From contig CAWHIM010000008.1 of NCBI GenBank assembly GCA_963829245.1, positions 67,452-131,451 on the forward strand: a stretch of DNA of 64,000 nucleotides, read 5' to 3'. The translations under genes and the position numbers were made by a program. This DNA is from an uncultured bacterium. GTDB taxonomy: Bacteria; Desulfobacterota; Deferrimicrobia; Deferrimicrobiales; Deferrimicrobiaceae. Position 1 is the stretch's first letter, and every line of letters starts with the position of its first letter. Under the pieces are notes generated by a model. It saw only the letters and a list, made by a program, of their open reading frames with translations. It ran no database searches and was not told the DNA's origin. Positions 1 to 8,289 of this stretch are shown here, piece by piece.

Positions 1-431
1 TCGGCCTGGAGCAGGCAACTGACAAAACGGATCGGAAATTTCAGATTGTAGAAGAAATTTTTCACTCCAACCCGTGGGGCTTCGGGGATGACTTTTTTGT
101 ATCCCTGCGCTACGGGCTTGAGAGCCCAGAAGTACAGCTTGTCGTTGAAGCCGAACATGGCCCGGTTAAACGATTCCAGCGGGTCTGGAATCGTTGCTGC
201 TTCCTCCTCCTTCTGCATATCGTTATCGTTGAGGCTTTTCCTGTCATCCGAGGCCCCATTTCCGGAGACCCCCGACACCTCCGGGGATTCCTGAGGGATC
301 TGTTCTGAATTGGAAACCACCTTACCCGACGGGGGGAGGGGAGAAACGGCGGAGGAGCGATGGGCACAGCCCACGGCGAGAAACGCCAACAGTAAGACCT
401 GAAACGGGAGACGTTTCCGGGTCTTGATCAC
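1..431 (-). CDS. mlaA: MlaA/VacJ-family outer-membrane lipoprotein, N-terminal part (gene runs off the left edge)
   Basis: Absent from the ORF track because it is edge-truncated and starts with GTG (431-429) directly after the mlaC stop TAG (434-432). Hand translation of the minus strand gives VIKTRKRLPFQVLLLAFLAVGC (lipobox LAVGC), then IPDPLESFNRAMFGFNDKLYFWALKPVAQGYKKVIPEAPRVGVKNFFYNLKFPIRF, the VacJ/MlaA signature region. Confidence 0.8.
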   Translation of the reverse strand, partial: MIKTRKRLPFQVLLLAFLAVGCAHRSSAVSPLPPSGKVVSNSEQIPQESPEVSGVSGNGASDDRKSLNDNDMQKEEEAATIPDPLESFNRAMFGFNDKLYFWALKPVAQGYKKVIPEAPRVGVKNFFYNLKFPIRFVSCLLQA

Positions 432-1025
432 CTATTGCCCCTTCACCTTTTTCCGCAAAATCTCAAGCAACTGGTCGGGAGTGTTTTTCGCCAGGATCGA
501 GTTGAACTGGCTGCGATAATTCTGGACAAGGCTCACGTTCTCTATGACAACGTCATATACTTTCCAAGCGCCATCCTTCAGGATCACTCGGTAGAAAATG
601 GGGATTTCCTTTGAGGAGGTGATGACGTTCGTTTGAACCTCGGCCTGATTGTTCGAAAGCATGTTTTCTTTGGAGAAAACAATTTTCTCGTTGGTATATG
701 AAAGAATCTTGTCGATGTAAGCCTTTTCCAGTACCTGCCGATAAAGCTGGATGAACTCCTTCTGCTGAGCAGGATTCAGCTTGGTCCAATTCACCCCCAG
801 GGTTCGCTTGGAAAGTTCTACTTCGTCGAACATTTTCTCATAGATAGCCTCTAGTTTTTCCTTTTTTGCTCCTTTCGCCGACTCGTCTTTCAGCTTCGGA
901 TCGCGCACGACATCGAGGACCTTGTTGACATTTGTCGTAATCGTGTCGAGAGGTGCTCCGGCATGTACTGGAAGAGCAGATAGAAAGAACATAAAAATGC
1001 TTAACCCTATGACATATCTTTTCAT
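432..1025 (-). CDS. mlaC: MlaC/Ttg2D-family periplasmic phospholipid-binding protein
   Basis: ORF 432-1085 trimmed to ATG 1025 (SD GAGGTGG upstream). Signal peptide MKRYVIGLSIFMFFLSALPVHA. The body has the toluene-tolerance Ttg2D pattern (FDEVELSKRTLGVNW, FIQLYRQVLEKAY, VYDVVIENVSLVQNYRSQF). Lies between mlaD and mlaA. Confidence 0.8.
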   Translation of the reverse strand: MKRYVIGLSIFMFFLSALPVHAGAPLDTITTNVNKVLDVVRDPKLKDESAKGAKKEKLEAIYEKMFDEVELSKRTLGVNWTKLNPAQQKEFIQLYRQVLEKAYIDKILSYTNEKIVFSKENMLSNNQAEVQTNVITSSKEIPIFYRVILKDGAWKVYDVVIENVSLVQNYRSQFNSILAKNTPDQLLEILRKKVKGQ

Positions 1026-1056
1026 GTTTCCACCTCTTTGAACTGTTTTTACACCC

Positions 1057-1512
1057 TTACTGCTTCTTAACCTCGCCAAAGGCATACTTGCCGACGAGGT
1101 CTACCAGGTCCACCGCCGGCTGCGTTTCCGTGATGGTTCCACCGGGTCCAAGGAGTTTTCCTGATCCCCCGGGACCTATGCTGAGAAACATGTCACCAAT
1201 CAGCCCTTCCGTCTTGATGGAGGCAATGGCATCGTCATAGATCTTGATGCCTTTCTGGATTCTTATTTCCACCACCGCCATCTGGTCCTTCTGGTCCATG
1301 GTGAGTCCTCCCACCCGCCCGACCCCGATACCCAACATATTCACAGGACTGCCGACTCTCAGGCCGCTCACTGTGGTAAACCGGGCGAAAAGAGAGTAGG
1401 AGTTGTCGCCAAGCAAGGAAACATGGCCGAGTTTCACCGTCATATACCCGAGACAGAGCAGCCCGAAAACGAGAAAGATGCCGACCGTTGTTTCCACGGC
1501 GTACTTTTTCAT
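1057..1512 (-). CDS. mlaD: MlaD (MCE-domain) outer-membrane lipid asymmetry protein
   Basis: ORF 1057-1548 trimmed to ATG 1512 (SD GGAGGAG). N-terminal TM helix VGIFLVFGLLCLGYM, then an MCE domain (FARFTTVSGLRVGSPVNMLGIGVGRVGG). Confidence 0.85.
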   Translation of the reverse strand: MKKYAVETTVGIFLVFGLLCLGYMTVKLGHVSLLGDNSYSLFARFTTVSGLRVGSPVNMLGIGVGRVGGLTMDQKDQMAVVEIRIQKGIKIYDDAIASIKTEGLIGDMFLSIGPGGSGKLLGPGGTITETQPAVDLVDLVGKYAFGEVKKQ

Positions 1513-1516
1513 TGGC

Positions 1517-2761
1517 TTATCTCCTCCCGTCGCACCGAATACGGGCAATTTCTTTTTGTTGTTGTTTTGCAGAGCCGATGACGGAATCTATTTCCACAAT
1601 AGGTTGCCCCTGGGAAATTCCGGCCAGGATGGCAAATTCGACGCACTCCTCCGAAGCCGCGTAATTGAGAGCTCCGTCCCCAATGCCTCGAATTCCCTTC
1701 TTCTGGAAATCATCGATAAAATCCTTCAGCATGGCTTCAACCTCGGCAAGATCCGAATTGGGGAGCACCGTAACAAATTCATTGGTATAGCGGCGGGTGG
1801 AAAAGCCCCCCATGGCACCGAAGTGTTTATCGATATATAAGCCCATCCTCCGTATTGCCTCCTGAGCCGCTCCGTGGCCTAAGCGTGTAATGAAGGCATC
1901 CATCTCCTCCATAGTAAAAACCACAACCGAGTACGATCCCTTAAACGTTTTCTGCTTCAACTGAGTCTGATGCAGAACTTTGAACTGCCGTTTTGAGTAG
2001 AGGCCCGTTAATTCCTTCTGCAGCCCTTCGAGACTGTGGATGACTTCATCCTTGAACGGGTGATCGAACTTTTCAAGCTCCTCCGGAGTGCCTTGGAAAA
2101 CAATCGCCCGATCATAGAGGGCGAGAATGCGGTTGGAGATAAAATAGACATCCGGAATCTCATGGCTGACCAGGACCGCTGTAAAACCGAATTTTCTCTG
2201 ATATTGGGCAATCATGCTCAGGATTGCGTTTTTTCGAACGGGATCCTGGCCGGAAGTGGGTTCGTCAAAGAGGACGATTTTCGGATCGGTTACCAGGGCC
2301 CGCGCCAGGGCCGCCCGTTTCTGCATCCCCCCTGAAAGTTCCGAAGGGTACTTGTTGGCGGCATCGCTGAGTTCCGACTGTTCAATTCTGGCAGTAACCC
2401 TGAGGTCTATTTCAGCATTTTTCAGCTTTGTCGTTTCCCGGAGGGGCAGCGCGATATTTTCATATACGGTCATTGAGTCGAAGAGAGCGTTGTCTTGAAA
2501 CATGTAACTGATCCGGGCGAGGGAGGAGGCCTTCTCTTTCCTTCTCATCGTGGCGAGAGGTTTGCCCTTGAAAAGAATGGTCCCCTCATCGGGTTTGAGC
2601 AGCCCGATGATATGTTTGAGGAGCACGCTTTTGCCTGAACCACTTAGTCCGATAATCGTCGTTACCTGTCCTTCATAGATCTGAAGGTTTACGCGATCAA
2701 GGACGGTTCGGGGTCCGAAGCGCTTGGTGACGTCCTTGAATTCAATCAATGGGGCATCCAT
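1517..2761 (-). CDS. mlaF: MlaF-type ABC transporter ATPase with a C-terminal degenerate GGDEF-like domain
   Basis: Walker A GLSGSGKS, ABC signature LSGGMQKR, Walker B VLFDEPTSGQD. Residues ~255-414 are an extra domain with GGDEF-fold landmarks, but YTNEF replaces GGDEF (see findings). Confidence 0.85.
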   Translation of the reverse strand: MDAPLIEFKDVTKRFGPRTVLDRVNLQIYEGQVTTIIGLSGSGKSVLLKHIIGLLKPDEGTILFKGKPLATMRRKEKASSLARISYMFQDNALFDSMTVYENIALPLRETTKLKNAEIDLRVTARIEQSELSDAANKYPSELSGGMQKRAALARALVTDPKIVLFDEPTSGQDPVRKNAILSMIAQYQRKFGFTAVLVSHEIPDVYFISNRILALYDRAIVFQGTPEELEKFDHPFKDEVIHSLEGLQKELTGLYSKRQFKVLHQTQLKQKTFKGSYSVVVFTMEEMDAFITRLGHGAAQEAIRRMGLYIDKHFGAMGGFSTRRYTNEFVTVLPNSDLAEVEAMLKDFIDDFQKKGIRGIGDGALNYAASEECVEFAILAGISQGQPIVEIDSVIGSAKQQQKEIARIRCDGRR

Positions 2762-2769
2762 GGGTCTCT

Positions 2770-3618
2770 CTATACCAGCAGGGAAGTCACAACATAATCC
2801 GAGACCAAAATGAGCACACAGGAGAGCACGACGGCCGAGGTGGTGGCGAGGCCGACGGCTTTGGCGCCATGGCTATCTGTGCGCATATGTGCGAAATACC
2901 CTTGGAAACAGCATACCGTGGAGACGATCACCGCAAAAACAATCGCCTTGATGAAGCTTTGGGTGACATCCTCCATCTCCATGCTGGTCTGAACGCGATG
3001 TAGATAGGTGCCGGCATTCGCTCCCAGGAGCAATACCCCGGAGATGTAGCCGCCGGTAATGCCGATGAGGTCGAACAACGCGGTGAGCAGGGGAAAGCTG
3101 ATGATGGAAGCGGCGATTCTTGGACTGATGAGATACCTGAGCGGATCGATGCGCATGGTGTCAAGGGCGTCAATCTGCTCGGAGATACGCTGGATACCGA
3201 TCTCCGCGGTGATCGCCGAGCCTGCCCTGGCCGCAATCATGATCGCGGTGAGAACAGGCCCCAGTTCCCTGACCAGCGAGAGAGCCACCAGGGTGCCGAG
3301 CGCCCCTTCCGCGCCGACCTTGACCAAGGCACGGTAGGATTGGAGGCCCATGACCATGCCGGTGAACAGGCCGACGAGCATGATGATCATCGTGGATTTT
3401 GCCCCGATGAAATAGACCTGCTGAATGATCTTGGGTACCTGCTTGGGTCGTACTATCTTCAAGGTCGCCAAAAAGAGGAAAACTGCCGAGGCGCCCAAAT
3501 TGTTGCTCCAGTTGATCGCTGTCCTGCCGATAGCGGCGAACGGCTTCGTCAATAACATGACGAGCGGCCATCTTGCTTCGCCCTTTGAGAGGCCCTGACT
3601 GTCCGTATTTAGAGCCAT
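2770..3618 (-). CDS. mlaE: MlaE/Ttg2B-family ABC transporter permease
   Basis: ORF 2770-3636. ATG 3618 is preferred (SD AGGAG 8 nt upstream; none before 3636). Motifs VRELGPVLTAIMIAARAGSAITAEIG and QIDALDTM; multiple TM helices. Confidence 0.85.
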   Translation of the reverse strand: MALNTDSQGLSKGEARWPLVMLLTKPFAAIGRTAINWSNNLGASAVFLFLATLKIVRPKQVPKIIQQVYFIGAKSTMIIMLVGLFTGMVMGLQSYRALVKVGAEGALGTLVALSLVRELGPVLTAIMIAARAGSAITAEIGIQRISEQIDALDTMRIDPLRYLISPRIAASIISFPLLTALFDLIGITGGYISGVLLLGANAGTYLHRVQTSMEMEDVTQSFIKAIVFAVIVSTVCCFQGYFAHMRTDSHGAKAVGLATTSAVVLSCVLILVSDYVVTSLLV

Positions 3619-3660
3619 CGGTAATGCTCCTGCCATTGATGATGATTTACGGGCGCCGAA

Positions 3661-3824
3661 CCTCTCATCGTGTCCTCCTGTTTCCCTCGTCCTTCAACCG
3701 GTAGGCGCACGCATTCCCATATGCTTCTTACGGTAATCCTGCCCTCCGGCGTACGGAATCGGCTTCTGTCCGAACCGCGAATCATTGTTTGTCCTATTCT
3801 TCGACCGGTGTTTGTCCTATGGGG
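3661..3824 (-). repeat. Copy A of a ~165-bp repeated leader-like element (reads 5'->3' on the minus strand towards mlaE)
   Basis: The reverse complement aligns by hand to 6291-6455 with long identical blocks: ATAGGACAAACACCG, AATAGGACAAACAA, GATTCGCG, TTCGGACAGAAGCCGATTCCG, CCGGTTGAA, GACGAGGGAA, GGAGGA, ACGATG. Confidence 0.8.
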
Positions 3825-4122
3825 TAGTGCATCGGAGCCATGCCGCCAGAACCGGTCCTGCTCCATCCACCCTGCATCCGAACGACGGGATTCTCCGCTT
3901 CCAAGCGGAGGAAGCCCGGGGGAACGACTTGGCGCGAAGCCAATTTCCTGACCTGAACCATATTTCCTGTAGAATTCAGATGTGAAAACACGTGATCTCC
4001 ATCTGATCCTGATTTCCAGTGCTCGCGCCGGTTTCAGCGAATCGCGCCCTGTCGTTTTGACCGCCCGTAATGCCGATATCCTCCGGCTCGTGCCCCTCAT
4101 CCTCGTGTCCGGCGATCGATGA

Positions 4123-6237
4123 ATGGAATACATCCATACACTCCTTCCCGCCCTTGAACATTTCCGGATGCTCGGCTACTGGGTTGTCCTGCTTCTCTCC
4201 CTCCTGGAGTCCCTCGCATTTATCGGGGTCGTGGTGCCAGGCGCTGCGATCGTCGTGCTCGCGGGCTCCCTGGCGGCGAAGGGATATTTCGATCTCGGCG
4301 ACCTGGTCTGGTTCGCCTCCGCGGGGGCGATCCTTGGCGACGGCATCAGTTTCCGCATGGGCATGGGAGGGCATATCCGCTTCCGGGAAGAGAACCGGAT
4401 TTTCAAGCCGGGTCTTCTGGAAAAGGGGAAAGCGTTTTTTACGCGTCATGGCGGCAAAAGCGTTTTCCTCGGGAGGTTCGTCGGCCTGATCCGGGCCGTA
4501 ATCCCCTTTGTCGCCGGAGTCTCCGGAATGGCCCCGAAGAGGTTCTACCTCTGGAACATCACCAGCGGTATCCTCTGGGCGGCGACCCACCTGCTCGCCG
4601 GGTATTTCCTGGGACAGGCATGGCGCATCGTGGAAATGTGGTCGACACGGTTCGGCGTCGTGCTGGCCGCAATGCTGCTGCTTGCGATAGGCGCCTATTG
4701 GCTGAAAAGATTCGCCGAGAGACGAGGGAGAGAGTTCATCGAGTTCATCGCCTCGCTGTTTGCGTCGATCGGAAAGACGGTCGCTGCCGATCCTCATGTC
4801 CGGAAACTCGTCACGAACCATCCCGCCTTCTTCGCAATCGCCAGGAAACGGCTCGACAGGACGGTGTTCTCCGGCCTGCCCCTCACGCTGCTTGCCGCCG
4901 CATTTCTCTATCTCCTGCTGCTCCTGGCGGGTGTGATCGAGGACGTGCTGTCCCTGGACCCCATCGTCGCGCTGGACAGCCGCATCGAGAACCTCCTGTA
5001 TACCTTCCGCGATCCCCTGCTGGTAAAGGTCTTTCTCTGGATCACCCTCCTCGCGAAAGCGAAGATCGTCCTGGGTATCGTGTTGTTGCTTGTTGTCCTC
5101 TTCTTCCTCCGGGACAAGCGGGAATTCATCCTCCCTTTGATGGTGACGGTGGGCGGAAGCAGCATGTTCAACCTCTTTGGGAAGATGGCCTTTCATCGGC
5201 AACGACCGGCCGGCGTGGGCGTCTACGCCGAGACGTCTTTTTCCTTCCCGAGCGGCCATTCCACCACGGCGGCGGCTCTCTACGGATTTGCCGTCTACTA
5301 CCTGTGGCGCCAGGCGGCGACGTGGGGAATGCGGCTGAATATCCTCTTCGCCGGAATATTCCTCGTCGCGGCGATCGGGTTCAGCAGGCTCTACCTGGGA
5401 GTCCATTTCCTGAGCGACGTGATCGGAGGATACCTTCTGGGCCTGTTGTGGCTGATCATCGGCATCTGCCTGGTCGAATGGAATCCCCGCAAAGAACGCC
5501 CCCCGGCGGCGCCTGCCCTCGCGCCGGTCCCTGCGGGGATCGTTACGGCGGCGGTGGCGCTTGCCTGCGTCGCCTTCTACGTATATTCCGGCCTCCGTTA
5601 TCGCCCTGTCTCGTATCTTCCGCCCCCCCGCGCGATAACCGTCGTGGAGAAAACGGACATCCTGAAGAGGTTCGACCACGCGCTGCCGAAATACACGGAG
5701 AACATTCTCGGCGACCGGCAGCAACCGTTGAGCCTGGTCATTGTCGCTTCCGGCGGAGGGACTCTTGCCGATGCCTTCGCCAGGGCCGGATGGGTGGCCG
5801 CCGACCCTTTGCGCGTAGACACTATGATGAAAATGATCGGAGCGCTGATATCGAACGCGGGGTATCCGACGGCACCCGTAGCCCCATCGTTCTGGAACGG
5901 GCTTGTCAACGACCTGTCCTTCGAGAAAACGGCCCCGGCACGGACCGTGGGGGAACGGCACCAGGCAAGACTTTGGAAAACCGATATCCAAACATCGGAC
6001 GGGGGGAAGATTTATGTCGGGACGGCGGTTTTCGATGCCGGACTGAAATGGCAGGTGATCTACCGGATCGGGCCGGACCTCGACACCGAACAGGAGGGAT
6101 TGGCCCGCGATCTGCTTGCCGCCGGAGTGGTCGCCTCCACGGAACGGAACGGATTCGTACCCCCGATGACGGGAGAGAATTCTTTCGGAGACCCATACTT
6201 TACCGCCGGAAACATCACGACCATTTATCTGAAATGA
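4123..6237 (+). CDS. Three-domain membrane protein: DedA family + PAP2 phosphatase + LssY_C-like domain
   Basis: N-terminal DedA region (LESLAFIGVVVPG, GRFVGLIRAVIPFVAG). Central PAP2 motifs KMAFHRQRP, SFPSGHS, SRLYLGVHFLSD. C-terminal soluble LssY-like region (RHQARLWKT, IYVGTAVFDAGLKW). One uninterrupted 704-aa ORF. Confidence 0.8.
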   Translation: MEYIHTLLPALEHFRMLGYWVVLLLSLLESLAFIGVVVPGAAIVVLAGSLAAKGYFDLGDLVWFASAGAILGDGISFRMGMGGHIRFREENRIFKPGLLEKGKAFFTRHGGKSVFLGRFVGLIRAVIPFVAGVSGMAPKRFYLWNITSGILWAATHLLAGYFLGQAWRIVEMWSTRFGVVLAAMLLLAIGAYWLKRFAERRGREFIEFIASLFASIGKTVAADPHVRKLVTNHPAFFAIARKRLDRTVFSGLPLTLLAAAFLYLLLLLAGVIEDVLSLDPIVALDSRIENLLYTFRDPLLVKVFLWITLLAKAKIVLGIVLLLVVLFFLRDKREFILPLMVTVGGSSMFNLFGKMAFHRQRPAGVGVYAETSFSFPSGHSTTAAALYGFAVYYLWRQAATWGMRLNILFAGIFLVAAIGFSRLYLGVHFLSDVIGGYLLGLLWLIIGICLVEWNPRKERPPAAPALAPVPAGIVTAAVALACVAFYVYSGLRYRPVSYLPPPRAITVVEKTDILKRFDHALPKYTENILGDRQQPLSLVIVASGGGTLADAFARAGWVAADPLRVDTMMKMIGALISNAGYPTAPVAPSFWNGLVNDLSFEKTAPARTVGERHQARLWKTDIQTSDGGKIYVGTAVFDAGLKWQVIYRIGPDLDTEQEGLARDLLAAGVVASTERNGFVPPMTGENSFGDPYFTAGNITTIYLK

Positions 6238-6290
6238 TCTCCACGAATCCTTCCCGCGAACCCGGAAAGCAGTTTCCCTCCGATGTTCCG

Positions 6291-6455
6291 CCACATAGGA
6301 CAAACACCGATCCAAAAATAGGACAAACAAGGATTCGCGCTTCGGACAGAAGCCGATTCCGAAGGCTGGCGGGCGGAATTACCTTGTGAGTACACTGTAA
6401 TCGGTACGCCTGCCGGTTGAACGACGAGGGAAGCGGGAGGAAACGATGCGAGAGG
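6291..6455 (+). repeat. Copy B of the ~165-bp repeated leader-like element (reads on the plus strand towards pgi)
   Basis: Inverted with respect to copy A (3661-3824). Contains tandem ATAGGACAAACA boxes (6296-6307, 6319-6330), a GCTTC-GGACA-GAAGC hairpin (6339-6353), and an SD GGGAGGA plus ATG at 6446. Confidence 0.8.
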
Positions 6456-6639
6456 TCACGGTCCTTCGATGGGATGACGGCGGCAATTCCAGTTATCCCA
6501 CCGTGCATCCCTCCCGGAGTCGGCCATCGATCGTTCGCAGGAAGGTTCGATTGAACTATCGGCAGACCCGGACGATGGCGTTTTCGCCTGCTCGCGTCAT
6601 CCAGCGGTTGCCCGGACAAGCCCCGGAAGGAGAATGAGC

Positions 6640-8289
6640 ATGGCAACAGGCATCGCGCCAATCACCACACTCCCCGCATGGCAGGCGCTCGACGCCCATT
6701 ATCGGAACGTTCGGGGGTTGCACCTGCGGAAGCTCTTCGCGGACGATCCGAAGCGCGGGGAGCGCATGACCGCGGAGGCCGTCGGCATCTACTTTGACTA
6801 TTCGAAACACCGCATCACCGACGAAACCCTCAGGCTCCTTTTGCAATTGACGGAGGAGTCCGGCCTGCGGGCTCGCATCGATGCCATGTTCCGGGGCGAG
6901 AAGATCAACGTCACGGAGAAGCGGGCCGTCCTGCACGTGGCCCTGCGCGCCCCCAAAGGACATTCCATCGTCGTGGACGGCGAAGACGTCGTGCCCCGGG
7001 TCCACGCCGTGCTCGACAAGATGGCCGACTTCTCCACCCGTGTGCGCAGTGGGGAGTGGAAGGGCCACACCGGCAAGCCGATCCGAAACATCGTCAATAT
7101 CGGCATCGGCGGGTCCGACCTGGGGCCGGTGATGGCGTACGAGGCTTTGCGGCATTACAGCCGGCGCGACCTGACCTTCCGCTTCGTCTCCAACGTCGAC
7201 GGCACCGACTTCACCGAGGCCACCCGCGACCTCGACGCCGAGGAGACACTGTTCATCATCTCGTCGAAGACCTTTACGACCCTGGAGACGATGACCAACG
7301 CGCACACGGCCCGCGACTGGGCCCTCGAGACGTTGAAACATCCCGCCGCGGTCGCAAGCCATTTCGTCGCGGTTTCGACCAATACCGCGGAAGTGGCCAG
7401 GTTCGGCATCGACACCGCAAATATGTTCGGGTTTTGGGATTGGGTCGGCGGGCGGTACTCCATGGACTCGGCGATCGGTCTCTCGACGATGGTCGCCATC
7501 GGCCCCGAAAATTTCCGCGCCATGCTCGACGGTTTCCACCAGATGGACGAGCATTTCCGCACCGCCCCTTTCGAACACAACTTGCCGGTGCTCATGGGGC
7601 TTTTGGGCCTCTGGAACAACAACTTCTTCGGTGCGCACACCGTGGCGGTTCTTCCGTATGAGCAATACCTGAAGCGCTTTCCGGCGTACCTGCAGCAGTT
7701 GACGATGGAGAGCAACGGCAAGCACGCGACCCTGGACGGGACGGAGGTCGTCTGCCAGACCGGGCCAATCTACTGGGGGGAGCCGGGGACCAATGGCCAG
7801 CATTCCTTCTACCAACTGATTCATCAGGGGACCAGGATCATTCCCTGCGACTTCATCGCGTTTCTGCAGCCGCTGAACCGGCTCGGTCGCCATCACGACT
7901 TGCTCCTGGCCAACATGTTCGCCCAGGCAGAGGCGCTGGCCTTTGGCAAAACGCCGCAGGAGGTCCGTGCCGAGGGTACAGCGGCAAGTCTGATACCGCA
8001 CAAGACGTTCGAGGGGAACCGACCGTCCAGCACGATCCTCCTGGAACGGCTGACTCCGGCGGCGCTGGGAAAACTCGTCGCCCTGTACGAACACAGCGTC
8101 TTCACGCAAGGCGCTCTGTGGCAGATTGACTCCTTTGACCAGTGGGGGGTCGAACTGGGAAAGGCGCTGGCCGCACGCATCATTCCCGAACTTGAGACCG
8201 GAAGTGAGGACCAACTCAAGCACGATAGCTCCACCAATGCCCTGATCCGGCGCTACGGGAAATCCAGGAAGCTGTCCCATGGGCGATAA
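6640..8289 (+). CDS. pgi: Glucose-6-phosphate isomerase
   Basis: Full-length Pgi pattern ([34 protein letters not shown]). ORF track start is 6634, but ATG 6640 has better spacing to SD AAGGAG (6627-6632). Confidence 0.9.
   Translation: MATGIAPITTLPAWQALDAHYRNVRGLHLRKLFADDPKRGERMTAEAVGIYFDYSKHRITDETLRLLLQLTEESGLRARIDAMFRGEKINVTEKRAVLHVALRAPKGHSIVVDGEDVVPRVHAVLDKMADFSTRVRSGEWKGHTGKPIRNIVNIGIGGSDLGPVMAYEALRHYSRRDLTFRFVSNVDGTDFTEATRDLDAEETLFIISSKTFTTLETMTNAHTARDWALETLKHPAAVASHFVAVSTNTAEVARFGIDTANMFGFWDWVGGRYSMDSAIGLSTMVAIGPENFRAMLDGFHQMDEHFRTAPFEHNLPVLMGLLGLWNNNFFGAHTVAVLPYEQYLKRFPAYLQQLTMESNGKHATLDGTEVVCQTGPIYWGEPGTNGQHSFYQLIHQGTRIIPCDFIAFLQPLNRLGRHHDLLLANMFAQAEALAFGKTPQEVRAEGTAASLIPHKTFEGNRPSSTILLERLTPAALGKLVALYEHSVFTQGALWQIDSFDQWGVELGKALAARIIPELETGSEDQLKHDSSTNALIRRYGKSRKLSHGR

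Noticed and set aside
88-367. ORFs 88-294 (+) and 110-367 (-) at the left edge.
   Set aside because: A different minus-strand frame over the same bases encodes a clear MlaA/VacJ N-terminus with a lipobox, so these two are spurious.
3976-6330. 784-aa minus-strand ORF, plus the 589-aa plus-strand ORF 4620-6389 and the 174-aa ORF 3609-4133, all overlapping the dedA-PAP2 gene or its flanks.
   Set aside because: They are antisense or out-of-frame shadows of a high-G+C gene. Their translations are Arg/Gly/Pro/His/Asp-rich with no motifs or hydrophobic structure, whereas the 4123-6237 frame carries three recognisable domains. The similar MFVLF(F/L)DRCLSY starts simply reflect the inverted repeat.
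6360-6390. Sigma-54 (-24/-12) promoter inside the repeated leader element (TGGC...TTAC in copy B).
   Set aside because: The spacing is off by one and the -12 element reads TTAC, not TTGC. The TGGC is not conserved in copy A, which reads GCCGGAGGGCAGGATTACC.
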